A DNA stretch of 64,000 nt, taken from the NCBI RefSeq assembly GCF_009914755.1, contig NC_060948.1. The stretch is one strand, 5' to 3'. Within the stretch, counting starts at the first letter, position 1, and each line of letters opens with the position of its first letter. The translations under genes were made by a program, and so were the position numbers. Below are positions 37,420-50,800 of this stretch, one piece after another. Below the pieces are notes generated by a model that saw only the letters and a program-made list of their open reading frames with translations, did not search any database and was not told the DNA's origin. This DNA is from the human T2T-CHM13v2.0 reference genome, Homo sapiens.

Positions 37420-40400
37420 ATGGAATCGAACCACAAGGAATGGACAGGAATAGAATGGTCTCGAATTGAATGGAATCGTATGGAATGGCATCAAACGGAA
37501 TGGAATGGACAGCCACGGAATGGAATGCACTCGAATGCAATGGAGTCGAAACTAATGGACTGGAATAGAATGGACTCGACTGGTACGGACTCCAATGGAA
37601 TGGAATCGAATGGAAGGGAATCGAACGGAAGGGATTCGAACGGAATGGACTCGAAGGGAAAAGACTGCAATGGAAAGGTCTCGAATGGAATGGTAATTAA
37701 TGGAATGGAATGGAATCGAATGAAATGGAGTCAAAAGGAATGGAATCGAATGGCAAGAAATCGAATGTAATGGAATCGCAAGGAATTGATGTGAACGGAA
37801 CGGAATGGAATGGAATCCAAAGGAATGGAATAGAATGGAATGGAATCGAATGGAAAGGACTCGAATGGAAATCACTCGAATAGAATGCAATTTAATAAAG
37901 TAGGATCAAATGTAATGGAATGGAATGGAAAGGAATCGAAACGAAAGGAATGGAGACAGATGGAATGGAATGGAACAGAGAGCAATGGTATAGAATGGAA
38001 TGGAATCATCTGGAATGGAATTGAATGGAATGGAATAATATGAAATGGAATGGAATGGAATGGAATGGAATGCCCTTGAATTAAATGGACTGGAATGGAA
38101 TGGACTCAAACAGAGTGGAATGGAAAGTGTGGAGATAGAATGGAATGAACTCCTTTGGAATGGTGTAGTATGCAATGCAATCGACTGGCAGGGAATCAAA
38201 AGGAATGTAATCGAATGGATTGGACTGGAATGCAATGGACTCGAATAGATTGGAAACGGAATGCAAAGGAATGGAATGGAATAGTATGGAATGCAATGGA
38301 AGGGAATGGAGTGGAATAGACTAGAGTGGAATGGAATGGACTGGAAAGCAATGGACTGGAATGGAACTTTCTTGGATGGACTGGAATCAAACGGAATGGA
38401 ATGCAATGCAATCAAATGGCATGGAATAAAATAGAATGAAAGAGAATCAAATGGAATTGAATCGAATGGAATCGAATGGATTGGAAAGGAATAGAATGGA
38501 ATGGAATGGAATTGACTCAAATGGAATGGACTAGAATGGAATGGATTCGAATGGAAGGCAAAGGAATGGAATCTATTGGAATGGACTGTAATGGAATGGA
38601 ATGGAAGGGATTGGAATGGACTCGAATGGAATGGACTGCAATAGAAAGGATTCGAATGGAATGAAAAAGAATTGAATGGAATAGAACAGAATGGAATCAA
38701 ATCGAATGAAATGGAATGGAATAGAAAGGAATGGAATGAAATGGAATGGAAAGGATTCGAATGGAATGCAATCGAATGGAATGGAATCGAACGGAATGGA
38801 ATAAAATGGAAGAAAACTGGCAAGAAATGGAATCGAAATGAATGGAGTGTTATGGAACGGACTCAAAAGGAATTGAATGTAATAGAATGGAGTGGAGTGG
38901 ACTCGAATATAATGGACTGGAATGGAATGAAATCACATGGAATGGGAACGAATGGAATGGAATGGAAAGGAATGGAATCGAATGGAAAGTAATCGAATGG
39001 AAGGGAATGAAATTGAATCAACACGAATGGAAGGGAATAGAATACACTGTAATGGAATGGACTCGAATAGAATGGACACGAATGCTCAAATTAAATGGAC
39101 TCGAATGGAATGGAAACGAAAGGAATGTCATCGAATGGAATTGAATCGATTGGAATGAAATCGCATAGAATGGAGTGGAATCAAATGGAATTGAATCGAA
39201 AGGAAAGGAAGCGAATGGACTGAAATGAAATGGAATGGAATTGAATGGAAAGTAATGCAATGGAATAGAATGGAACGAAATTTCACGGAATGGAATCAAA
39301 CTGAATGGAATCAAATCAATGGAATCAAATCAAATGGAATGGAAAGGAATTGAATGGAGTAGATGGGATTGGATGGGACTGGAATGAAATGTACTGGAAA
39401 GGACTCGAATTTCATGAAACGGAATGGAATGAATTGGAACGGAATGGACTCGAATGGAATGGAATGTCATGGGATGGCATCAAATGGAATGACATCAAAT
39501 GGAATGGAATCGAATGCAATGGAATGCTATGGAATGGAATGGAATGCATTGGAATGGAATGTCCGCTAATGGAATGGATTCGAGTGGAATGGAATTGAAT
39601 ATAATGGAGTCGAATGAAATGGAATTGAAAGGAATGGGATCGAATACAATGGAATATACTGGAATGTAACGTAATGAACTCGAATGTAATTGACTGGAAT
39701 GGAATGTACATGAATGGAATGTAATCGAATGGAAAGTAATCCAATGGAATAGAATCTAATGCAATAAAATCGACTCAGATAGAGTAGAATGTAATGGAAT
39801 GGAGTGCAGTGCAATGGAATGGAATGGAATGGAATGCAATGGAATGGAATGGAATGGAATGGAATGGAATGGAATGGAATGGAATGGGATGGAATGGTAT
39901 GGAATGGATAGTAATGGACTGGAGTGAAATGGACTGGAAAGGAATGGACTCAAATTGAAAGGGCTCGAAAGGAATGGAGTCAAATTGAATGGTCTGGAAT
40001 GGAATGAACACGAATGTAATGCAACCCAATAGAATGGAATCGAATGGCATGGAATATAAAGAAATGGAATTGAAGAGAATGGAAACAAATGGAATGGAAT
40101 TGAATGGAATGGAATTGAATGGAATGGAAACGAATGGAGTGAAATTGTATGCAGTAGAAGAGAATAGAATGGAATGCAAGCGAAAGGAAAGGAATGGATT
40201 GGAATGGAATGGAATTCATTGGAATGGAAGGGAATGTAGTGTAATGGACAGGCCTGGAATAAAGTGGAATGCTACGGTCTCGAATGGAATAAAAATGTAT
40301 GGAATGGAATGCAATGAAACGGAATCGAATGTCATAGAATGTAATGGAATGCAAAAAAATGGAATCCAAAATCATTGACTGGAAAGGCTGGGTGTCGAAA

Positions 40401-41003
40401 GGAATTGACTCCAATGGAATGGAATCGAATGGAATGGAAGTGAATAGAATCGAACTAAATCGAATGGAATGGAATTGATAGGAACGGAATGGAAAGGAAT
40501 GCAATGATTTGGCATGGAATGGAATCGAATGGCATCGAATGGAATGGAATGGAATGCAATGGAATGGAATGTATTAGAATGTAATGAACTTTAATGGAAT
40601 GTACTCGAATGGATTCGACTGGAATGGAATGTTCTGGAAGTGAATGGACTCCAATGGAATGGATTCAAAAGGAATGGAATCGTACGGAATGGAATCTAAT
40701 GGAATGGAATTAAATGGAAATGAATCAAATTGAATAGCACGGAATTGAATTGAATGGAATGGAATGCAATGGAATCTAATGAAACGGAAAGGAAAGGAAT
40801 GGAATGGAATGGAATGGACTGGAATGGAAAGGAATCGAAACGAATGGAATGGAATCGAACTGAAGAGACTGGAATGGAATGCACTGGAATGGAAGGGAGT
40901 GTAATGGAAGGTTCTCGAAAAAAATGGAATCGAATGGAATGGAATTGAATGGAACGGAATAGAGTCGAATGGAATTGAATGGAATGGAATGGACTAGAGT
41001 GAA
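37420..41003. repeat. DYZ1 monomer U12, 3584 bp
   Basis: Anchor spacing; pure tract of 9. Confidence 0.9.
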
Positions 41004-44000
41004 ATGGAATCGAACCACAAGGAATGGACAGGAATAGAATGGTCTCGAATTGAATGGAATCGTATGGAATGGCATCAAACGGAATGGAATGGACAGCCAC
41101 GGAATGGAATGCACTCGAATGCAATGGAGTCGAAACTAATGGACTGGAATAGAATGGACTCGACTGGTACGGACTCCAATGGAATGGAATCGAATGGAAG
41201 GGAATCGAACGGAAGGGAATCGAACGGAATGGACTCGAAGGGAAAAGACTGCAATGGAAAGGTCTCGAATGGAATGGAAATTAATGGAATGGAATGGAAT
41301 CGAATGAAATGGAGTCAAAAGGAATGGAATCGAATGGCAAGAAATCGAATGTAATGGAATCGCCAGGAATTGATGTGAACGGAACGGAATGGAATGGAAT
41401 CCAAAGGAATGGAATAGAATGGAATGGAATCGAATGGAAAGGACTCGAATGGAAATCACTCGAATAGAATGCAATTTAATAAAATAGGATCAAATGTAAT
41501 GGAATGGAATGGAAAGGAATCGAAACGAAAGGAATGGAGACAGATGGAATGGAATGGAACAGAGAGCAATGGTATAGAATGGAATGGAATCATCTGGAAT
41601 GGAATTGAATGGAATGGAATAATATGAAATGGAATGGAATGGAATGGAATGGAATGCCCTTGAATTAAATGGACTGGAATGGAATGGACTCAAACAGAGT
41701 GGAATGGAAAGTGTGGAGATAGAATGGAATGAACTCCTTTGGAATGGTGTAGTATGCAATGCAATCGACTGGCAGGGAATCAAAAGGAATGTAATCGAAT
41801 GGATTGGACTGGAATGCAATGGACTCGAATAGATTGGAAACGGAATGCAAAGGAATGGAATGGTATAGTATGGAATGCAATGGAAGGGAATGGAGTGGAA
41901 TAGACTAGAGTGGAATGGAATGGACTGGAAAGCAATGGACTGGAATGGAACTTTCTTGGATGGACTGGAATCAAACGGAATGGAATGCAATGCAATCAAA
42001 TGGCATGGAATAAAATAGAATGAAAGAGAATCAAATGGAATTGAATCAAATGGAATCGAATGGATTGGAAAGGATTAGAATGGAATGGAATGGAATTGAC
42101 TCAAATGGAATGGACTAGAATGGAATGGATTCGAATGGAAGGCAAAGGAATGGAATCTATTGGAATGGACTGTAATGGAATGGAATGGAAGGGATTGGAA
42201 TGGACTCGAATGGAATGGACTGCAATAGAAAGGATTCGAATGGAATGAAAAAGAATTGAATGGAATAGAACAGAATGGAATCAAATCGAATGAAATGGAA
42301 TGGAATAGAAAGGAATGGAATGAAATGGAATGGAAAGGATTCGAATGGAATGCAATCGAATGGAATGGAATTGAACGGAATGGAATAAAATGGAAGAAAA
42401 CTGGCAAGAAATGGAATCGAAATGAATGGAGTGTTATGGAACAGACTCAAAAGGAATTGAATGTAATAGAATGGAGTGGAGTGGACTCGAATATAATGGA
42501 CTGGAATGGAATGAAATCACATGGAATGGGAACGAATGGAATGGAATGGAAAGGAATGGAATCGAATGGAAAGGAATCGAATGGAAGGGAATGAAATTGA
42601 ATCAACAGGAATGGAAGGGAATAGAATAGACGGTAATGGAATGGACTCGAATAGAATGGACACGAATGCTCAAATTGAATGGACTCGAATGGAATGGAAA
42701 CGAAAGGAATGTCATCGAATGGAATTGAATGGATTGGAATGAAATCGCATAGAATGGAGTGGAATCAAATGGAATTGAATCGAAAGGAAAGGAAGCGAAT
42801 GGACTGAAATGAAATGGAATGGAATTGAATGGAAAGTAATGCAATGGAATAGAATGGAACGAAATTTCACGGAATGGAATCAAACTGAATGGAATCAAAT
42901 CAATGGAATCAAATCAAATGGAATGGAAAGGAATTGAATGGAGTAGATGGGATTGGATGGGATTGGAATGAAATGTACTGGAAAGGACTCGAATTTCATG
43001 AAACGGAATGGAATGAATTGGAACGGAATGGACTCGAATGGAATGGAATGTCATGGGATGGCATCAAATGTAATGGCATCAAATGGAATGGAATCGAATG
43101 CAATGGAATGCTATGGAATGGAATGGAATGCATTGGAATGGAATGTCCTCTAATGGAATGGATTCGAGTGGAATGGAATTGATTATAATGTAGTCGAATG
43201 AAATGGAATTGAAAGGAATGGGATCGAATACAATGGAATATACTGGAATGTAACGTAATGAACTCGAATGTAATTGACTGGAATGGAATGTACATGAATG
43301 GAATGTAATCGAATGGAAAGTAATCCAATGGAATAGAATCTAATGCAATAAAATCGACTCAGATAGAGTAGAATGTAATGGAATGGAGTGCAGTGCAATG
43401 GAATGGAATGGAATGGAATGCAATGGAATGGAATGGAATGGAATGGAATGGAATGGAATGGGATGGAATGGTATGGAATGGATATTAATGGACTGGAGTG
43501 AAATGGACTGGAAAGGAATGGACTCAAATTGAAAGGTCTCGAAAGGAATGGAGTCAAATGGAATGGTCTGGAATGGAATGAACACGAATGTAATGCAACC
43601 CAATAGAATGGAATCGAATGGCATGGAATATAAAGAAATGGAATTGAAGAGAATGGAAACAAATGGAATGGAATTGAATGGAATGGAATTGAATGGAATG
43701 GGAACGAATGGAGTGAAATTCTATGCAGTAGAAGAGAATAGAATGGAATGCAAGCGAAAGGAAAAGAATGGATTGGAATGGAATGGAATTCATTGGAATG
43801 GAAGGGAATGTAGTGTAATGGACAGGCCTGGAATAAAGTGGAATGCTACGGTCTCGAATGGAATAAAAATGTATGGAATGGAATGCAATGAAACGGAATC
43901 GAATGTCATAGAATGTAATGGAATGCAAAAAAATGGAATCCAAAATCATTGACTGGAAAGGCTGGGTGTCGAAAGGAATTGACTCCAATGGAATGGAATC

Positions 44001-44577
44001 GAATGGAATGGAAGTGAATAGAATCGAACTAAATCGAATGGAATGGAATTGATAGGAACGGAATGGAAAGGAATGCAATGATTTGGCATGGAATGGAATC
44101 GAATGGCATCGAATGGAATGGAATGGAATGCAATGGAATGGAATGTATTAGAATGTAATGAACTTTAATGGAATGCACTCGAATGGATTCGACTGGAATG
44201 GAATGTTCTGGAAGTGAATGGACTCCAATGGAATGGATTCAAAAGGAATGGAATCGTACGGAATGGAATCTAATGGAATGGAATTAAATGGAAATGAATC
44301 AAATTGAATAGCACGGAATTGAATTGAATGGAATGGAATGCAATGGAATCTAATGAAACGGAAAGGAAAGGAATGGAATGGAATGGAATGGGCTGGAATG
44401 GAAAGGAATCGAAACGAATGGAATGGAATCGAACTGAAGAGACTGGAATGGAATGCACTGGAATGGAAGGGAGTGTAATGGAAGGTTCTCGAAAAAAATG
44501 GAATCGAATGGAATGGAATTGAATGGAACGGAGTAGAGTCGAATGGAATTGAATGGAATGGAATGGACTAGAGTGAA
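41004..44577. repeat. DYZ1 monomer U13, 3574 bp
   Basis: Anchor spacing; pure tract of 7. Confidence 0.9.
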
Positions 44578-47500
44578 ATGGAATCGAACCACAAGGAATG
44601 GACAGGAATAGAATGGTCTCGAATTGAATGGAATCGTATGGAATGGCATCAAACGGAATGGAATGGACAGCCACGGAATGGAATGCACTCGAATGCAATG
44701 GAGTCGAAACTAACGGACTGGAATAGAATGGACTCGACTGGTACGGACTCCAATGGAATGGAATCGAATGGAAGGGAATCGAACGGAAGGGAATCGAACG
44801 GAATGGACTCGAAGGGAAAAGACTGCAATGGAAAGGTCTCGAATGGAATGGAAATTAATGGAATGGAATGGAATCGAATGAAATGGAGTCAAAAGGAATG
44901 GAATCGAACGGTAAGAAATCGAATGTAATGGAATCGCAAGGAATTGATGTGAACGGAACGGAATGGAATGGAATCCAAAGGAATGGAATAGAATGGAATG
45001 GAATCGAATGGAAAGGACTCGAATGGAAATCACTCGAATAGAATGCAATTTAATAAAATAGGATCAAATGTAATGGAATGGAATGGAAAGGAATCGAAAC
45101 GAAAGGAATGGAGACAGATGGAATGGAATAGAACAGAGAGCAATGGTATAGAATGGAATGGAATCATCTGGAATGGAATTGAATGGAATGGAATAATATG
45201 AAATGGAATGGAATGGAATGGAATGGAATGCCCTTGAATTAAATGGACTGGAATGGAATGGACTCGAACAGAGTGGAATGGAAAGTTGAGATAGAATGGA
45301 ATGGACTCCTTTGGAATGGTGTAGTATGCAATGCAATCGACTGGCAGGGAATCAAAAGGAATGTAATCGAATGGATTGGACTGGAATGCAATGGACTCGA
45401 ATAGATTGGAAACGGAATGCAAAGGAATGGAATGGAATAGTATGGAATGGAATGGAAAGGAATGGAGTGGAATAGACTAGAGTGGAATGGAATGGACTGG
45501 AAAGCAATGGACTGGAATGGAACTTTCTTGAATGGACTGGAATCAAACGGAATGGAATGCAATGCAATCAAATGGCATGGAATAAAATAGAATGAAAGAG
45601 AATCAAATGGAATTGAATCGAATGGAATCGAATGGATTGGAAAGGAATAGAATGGAATGGAATGGAATGGACTAGAATGGAATGGATTCGAATGGAAGGC
45701 AAAGGAAATGAATCTATTGGAATGGACTGTAATGGAAAGGAATGGAAGGGATTGGAATGGACTCGAATGGAATGGACTGCAATAGAAAGGATTCGAATGG
45801 AATGAAAAAGAATTGAATGGAATAGAACAGAATGGAATCAAATCGAATGAAATGGAATGGAATAGAAAGGAATGGAATGAAATGGAATGGAAAGGATTCG
45901 AATGGAATGCAATCGAATGGAATGGAATCGAACGGAATGGAATAAAATGGAAGAAAACTGGCAAGAAATGGAATCGAAATGAATGGAGTGTTATGGAACG
46001 GACTCAAAAGGAATTGAATGTAATAGAATGGAGTGGAGTGGACTCGAATATAATGGACTGGAATGGAATGAAATCACATGGAATGGGAACGAATGGAATG
46101 GAATGGAAAGGAATGGAATCGAATGGAAAGGAATCGAATGGAAGGGAATGAAATTGAATCAACAGGAATGGAAGGGAATAGAATAGACGGTAATGGAATG
46201 GACTCGAATAGAATGGACACGAATGCTCAAATTGAATGGACTCGAATGGAATGGAAACGAAAGGAATGTCATCGAATGGAATTGAATCGATTGGAATGAA
46301 ATCGCATAGAATGGAGTGGAATCAAATGGAATTGAATCGAAAGGAAAGGAAGCGAATGGACTGAAATGAAATGGAATGGAATTGAATGGAAAGTAATGCA
46401 ATGGAATAGAATGGAACGAAATTTCACGGAATGGAATCAAACTGAATGGAATCAAATCAATGGAATCCAATCAAATGGAATGGAGTAGATTGGATTGAAT
46501 GGGATTGGAATGAAATGTACTGGAAAGGACTCGAATTTCATGAAACGGAATGGAATGAATTGGAACGGAATGGACTCGAATGGAATGGAATGTCATAGAA
46601 TGGCATCAAATGGAATGGCATCAAATGGAATGGAATCGAATGCAATGGAATGCTATGGAATGGAATGGAATGCATTGGAATGGAATGTCCTCTAATGGAA
46701 TGGATTCGAGTGGAATGGAATCGAATATAATGGAGTCGAATGAAATGGAATTGAAAGGAATGGGATCGAATACAATGGAATATACTGGAATGTAATGTAA
46801 TTAACTGGAATGTAATTGAATGGAATGGAATGTACATGAATGGAATGTAATCGAATGGAAAGTAATCCAATGGAATAGAATCTAATGCAATAAAATCGAC
46901 TCAGATAGAGTAGAATGTAATGGAATGGAGTGCAGTGCAATGGAATGGAATGGAATGGAATGCAATGGAATGGAATGGAATGGAATGGAATGGAATGGAA
47001 TGGAATGGGATGGAATGGTATGGAATGGATAGTAATGGACTGGAGTGAAATGGACTGGAAAGGAATGGACTCAAATTGAAAGGGCTCGAAAGGAATGGAG
47101 TCAAATGGAATGGTCTGGAATGGAATGAACACGAATGTAATGCAACCCAATAGAATGGAATCGAATGGCATGGAATATAAAGAAATGGAATCGAAGAGAA
47201 TGGAAACAAATGGAATGGAATTGAATGGAATGGAATTGAATGGAATGGGAACGAATGGAGTGAAATTGTATGCAGTAGAAGAGAATAGAATGGAATGCAA
47301 GCGAAAGGAAAGGAATGGATTGGAATGGAATGGAATTCATTGGAATGGAAGGGAATGTAGTGTAATGGACAGGCCTGGAATAAAGTGGAATGCTACGGTC
47401 TCGAATGGAATAAAAATGTATGGAATGGAATGCAATGAAACGGAATCGAATGTCATAGAATGTAATGGAATGCAAAAAAATGGAATCCAAAATCATTGAC

Positions 47501-48124
47501 TGGAAAGGCTGGGTGTCGAAAGGAATTGACTCCAATGGAATGGAATCGAATGGAATGGAAGTGAATAGAATCGAACTAAATCGAATGGAATGGAATTGAT
47601 AGGAACGGAATGGAAAGGAATGCAATGATTTGGCATGGAATGGAATCGAATGGCATCGAATGGAATGGAATGGAATGCAATGGAATGGAATGTATTAGAA
47701 TGGAATGAACTTTAATGGAATGTACTCGAATGGATTCGACTGGAATGGAATGTTCTGGAAGTGAATGGACTCCAATGGAATGGATTCAAAAGGAATGGAA
47801 TCGTACGGAATGGAATCTAATGGAATGGAATTAAATGGAAATGAATCAAATTGAATAGCACGGAATTGAATTGAATGGAATGGAATGCAATGGAATCTAA
47901 TGAAACGGAAAGGAAAGGAATGGAATGGAATGGGATGGGCTGGAATGGAAAGGAATCGAAACGAATGGAATGGAATCGAACTGAAGAGACTGGAATGGAA
48001 TGCACTGGAATGGAAGGGAGTGTAATGGAAGGTTCTCGAAAAAAATGGAATCGAATGGAATGGAATTGAATGGAACGGAATAGAGTCGAATGGAATTGAA
48101 TGGAATGGAATGGACTAGAGTGAA
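44578..48124. repeat. DYZ1 monomer U14, 3547 bp (mosaic)
   Basis: 2-bp deletion near 45286 (GAAAGTTGAG); two 15-bp deletions like U10/U19; tail like U5/U7. Confidence 0.88.
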
Positions 48125-50800
48125 ATGGAATCGAACCACAAGGAATGGACAGGAATAGAATGGTCTCGAATTGAATGGAATCGTATGGAATGGCATCAAA
48201 CGGAATGGAATGGACAGCCACGGAATGGAATGCACTCGAATGCAATGGAGTCGAAACTAACGGACTGGAATAGAATGGACTCGATTGGTACGGACTCCAA
48301 TGGAATGGAATCGAATGGAAGGGAATCGAACGGAAGGGAATCGAACGGAATGGACTCGAAGGGAAAAGACTGCAATGGAAAGGTCTCGAATGGAATGGAA
48401 ATTAATGGAATGGAATGGAATCGAATGAAATGGAGTCAAAAGGAATGGAATCGAATGGCAAGAAATCGAATGTAATGGAATCGCAAGGAATTGATGTGAA
48501 CGGAACGGAATGGAATGGAATCCAAAGGAATGGAATAGAATGGAATGGAATCGAATGGAAAGGACTCGAATGGAAATCACTCGAATAGAATGCAATTTAA
48601 TAAAATAGGATCAAATGTAATAGAATGGAATGGAAAGGAATCGAAACGGAAGGAATGGAGACAGATGGAATGGAATGGAACAGAGAGCAATGGTATAGAA
48701 TGGAATGGAATCATCTGGAATGGAATTGAATGGAATGGAATAATATGAAATGGAATGGAATGGAATGGAATGGAATGCCCTTGAATTAAATAGACTGGAC
48801 TCGAACAGAGTGGAATGGAAAGTGTTGAGATAGAATGGAATGGACTCCTTTGGAATGGTCTAGTATGCAATGCAATCGACTGGCAGGGAATCAAAAGGAA
48901 TGTAATCGAATGGATTGGACTGGAATGCAATGGACTCGAATAGATTGGAAACGGAATGCAAAGGAATGGAATGGAATAGTATGGAATGCAATGGAAGGGA
49001 ATGGAGTGGAATAGACTAGAGTGGAATGGAATGGACTGGAAAGCAATGGACTGGAATGGAACTTTCTTGGATGGATGGGAATCAAACGGAATGGAATGCA
49101 ATGCAATCAAATGGCATGGAATAAAATAGAATGAAAGAGAATCAAATGGAATTGAATCGAATGGAATCGAATGGATTGGAAAGGAATAGAATGGAATGGA
49201 ATGGAATTGACTCAAATGGAATGGACTAGAATGGAATGGATTCGAATGGAATGGAATGTCATGGAATGGCATCAAATGGAATGGCATCAAATGGAATGGA
49301 ATCGAATGCAATGGAATGCTATGGAATGGAATGGAATGCATTGGAATGGAATGTCCTCTAATGGAATGGATTCGAGTGGAATGGAATTGAATATAATGGA
49401 GTCGAATGAAATGGAATTGAAAGGAATGGGATCGAATACAATGGAATATACTGGAATGTAACGTAATGAACTCGAATGTAATTGACTGGAATGGAATGTA
49501 CATGAATGGAATGTAATCGAATGGAAAGTAATCCAATGGAATAGAATCTAATGCAATAAAATCGACTCAGATAGAGTAGAATGTAATGGAATGGAGTGCA
49601 GTGCAATGGAATGGAATGGAATGGAATGCAATGGAATGGAATGGAATGGAATGGAATGGAATGGAATGGAATGGAATGGAATGGGATGGAATGGTATGGA
49701 ATGGATAGTAATGGACTGGAGTGAAATGGACTGGAAAGGAATGGACTCAAATTGAAAGGGCTCGAAAGGAATGGAGTCAAATGGAATGGTCTGGAATGGA
49801 ATGAACACGAATGTAATGCAATCCAATAGAATGGAATCGAATGGCATGGAATATAAAGAAATGGAATCGAAGAGAATGGAAACAAATGGAATGGAATTGA
49901 ATGGAATGGAATTGAATGGAATGTGAACGAATGGAGTGAAATTGTATGCAGTAGAAGAGAATAGAATGGAATGCAAGCGAAAGGAAAGGAATGGATTGGA
50001 ATGGAATGGAATTCATTGGAATGGAAGGGAATGTAGTGTAATGGACAGGCCTGGAATAAAGTGGAATGCTACGGTCTCGAATGGAATAAAAATGTATGGA
50101 ATGGAATGCAATGAAACGGAATCGAATGTCATAGAATGTAATGGAATGCAAAAAAATGGAATCCAAAATCATTGACTGGAAAGGCTGGGTGTCGAAAGGA
50201 ATTGACTCCAATGGAATGGAATCGAATGGAATGGAAGTGAATAGAATCGAACTAAATCGAATGGAATGGAATTGATAGGAACGGAATGGAAAGGAATGCA
50301 ATGATTTGGCATGGAATGGAATCGAATGGCATCGAATGGAATGGAATGCAATGCAATGGAATGGAATGTATTAGAATGTAATGAACTTTAATGGAATGTA
50401 CTCGAATGGATTCGACTGGAATGGAATGTTCTGGAAGTGAATGGACTCCAATGGAATGGATTCAAAAGGAATGGAATCGTACGGAATGGAATCTAATGGA
50501 ATGGAATTAAATGGAAATGAATCAAATTGAATAGCACGGAATTGAATTGAATGGAATGGAATGCAATGGAATCTAATGAAACGGAAAGGAAAGGAATGGA
50601 ATGGAATGGAATGGACTGGAATGGAAAGGAATCGAAACGAATGGAATGGAATCGAACTGAAGAGACTGGAATGGAATGCACTGGAATGGAAGGGAGTGTA
50701 ATGGAAGGTTGTCGAAAAAAATGGAATCGAATGGAATGGAATTGAATGGAACGGAATAGAGTCGAATGGAATTGAATGGAATGGAATGGACTAGAGTGAA
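48125..50800. repeat. DYZ1 monomer U15, short form, 2676 bp
   Basis: Deletion junction at 49242-49251; copy of U6 at +30215. Confidence 0.92.

Noticed and set aside
3639-48124. Perfect 9-monomer (30.2 kb) higher-order repeat covering the whole window
   Set aside because: U2-U5 (3569/3544/3578/3580) and U11-U14 (3564/3584/3574/3547) differ in length and diagnostic variants; only the ~17 kb block matches.
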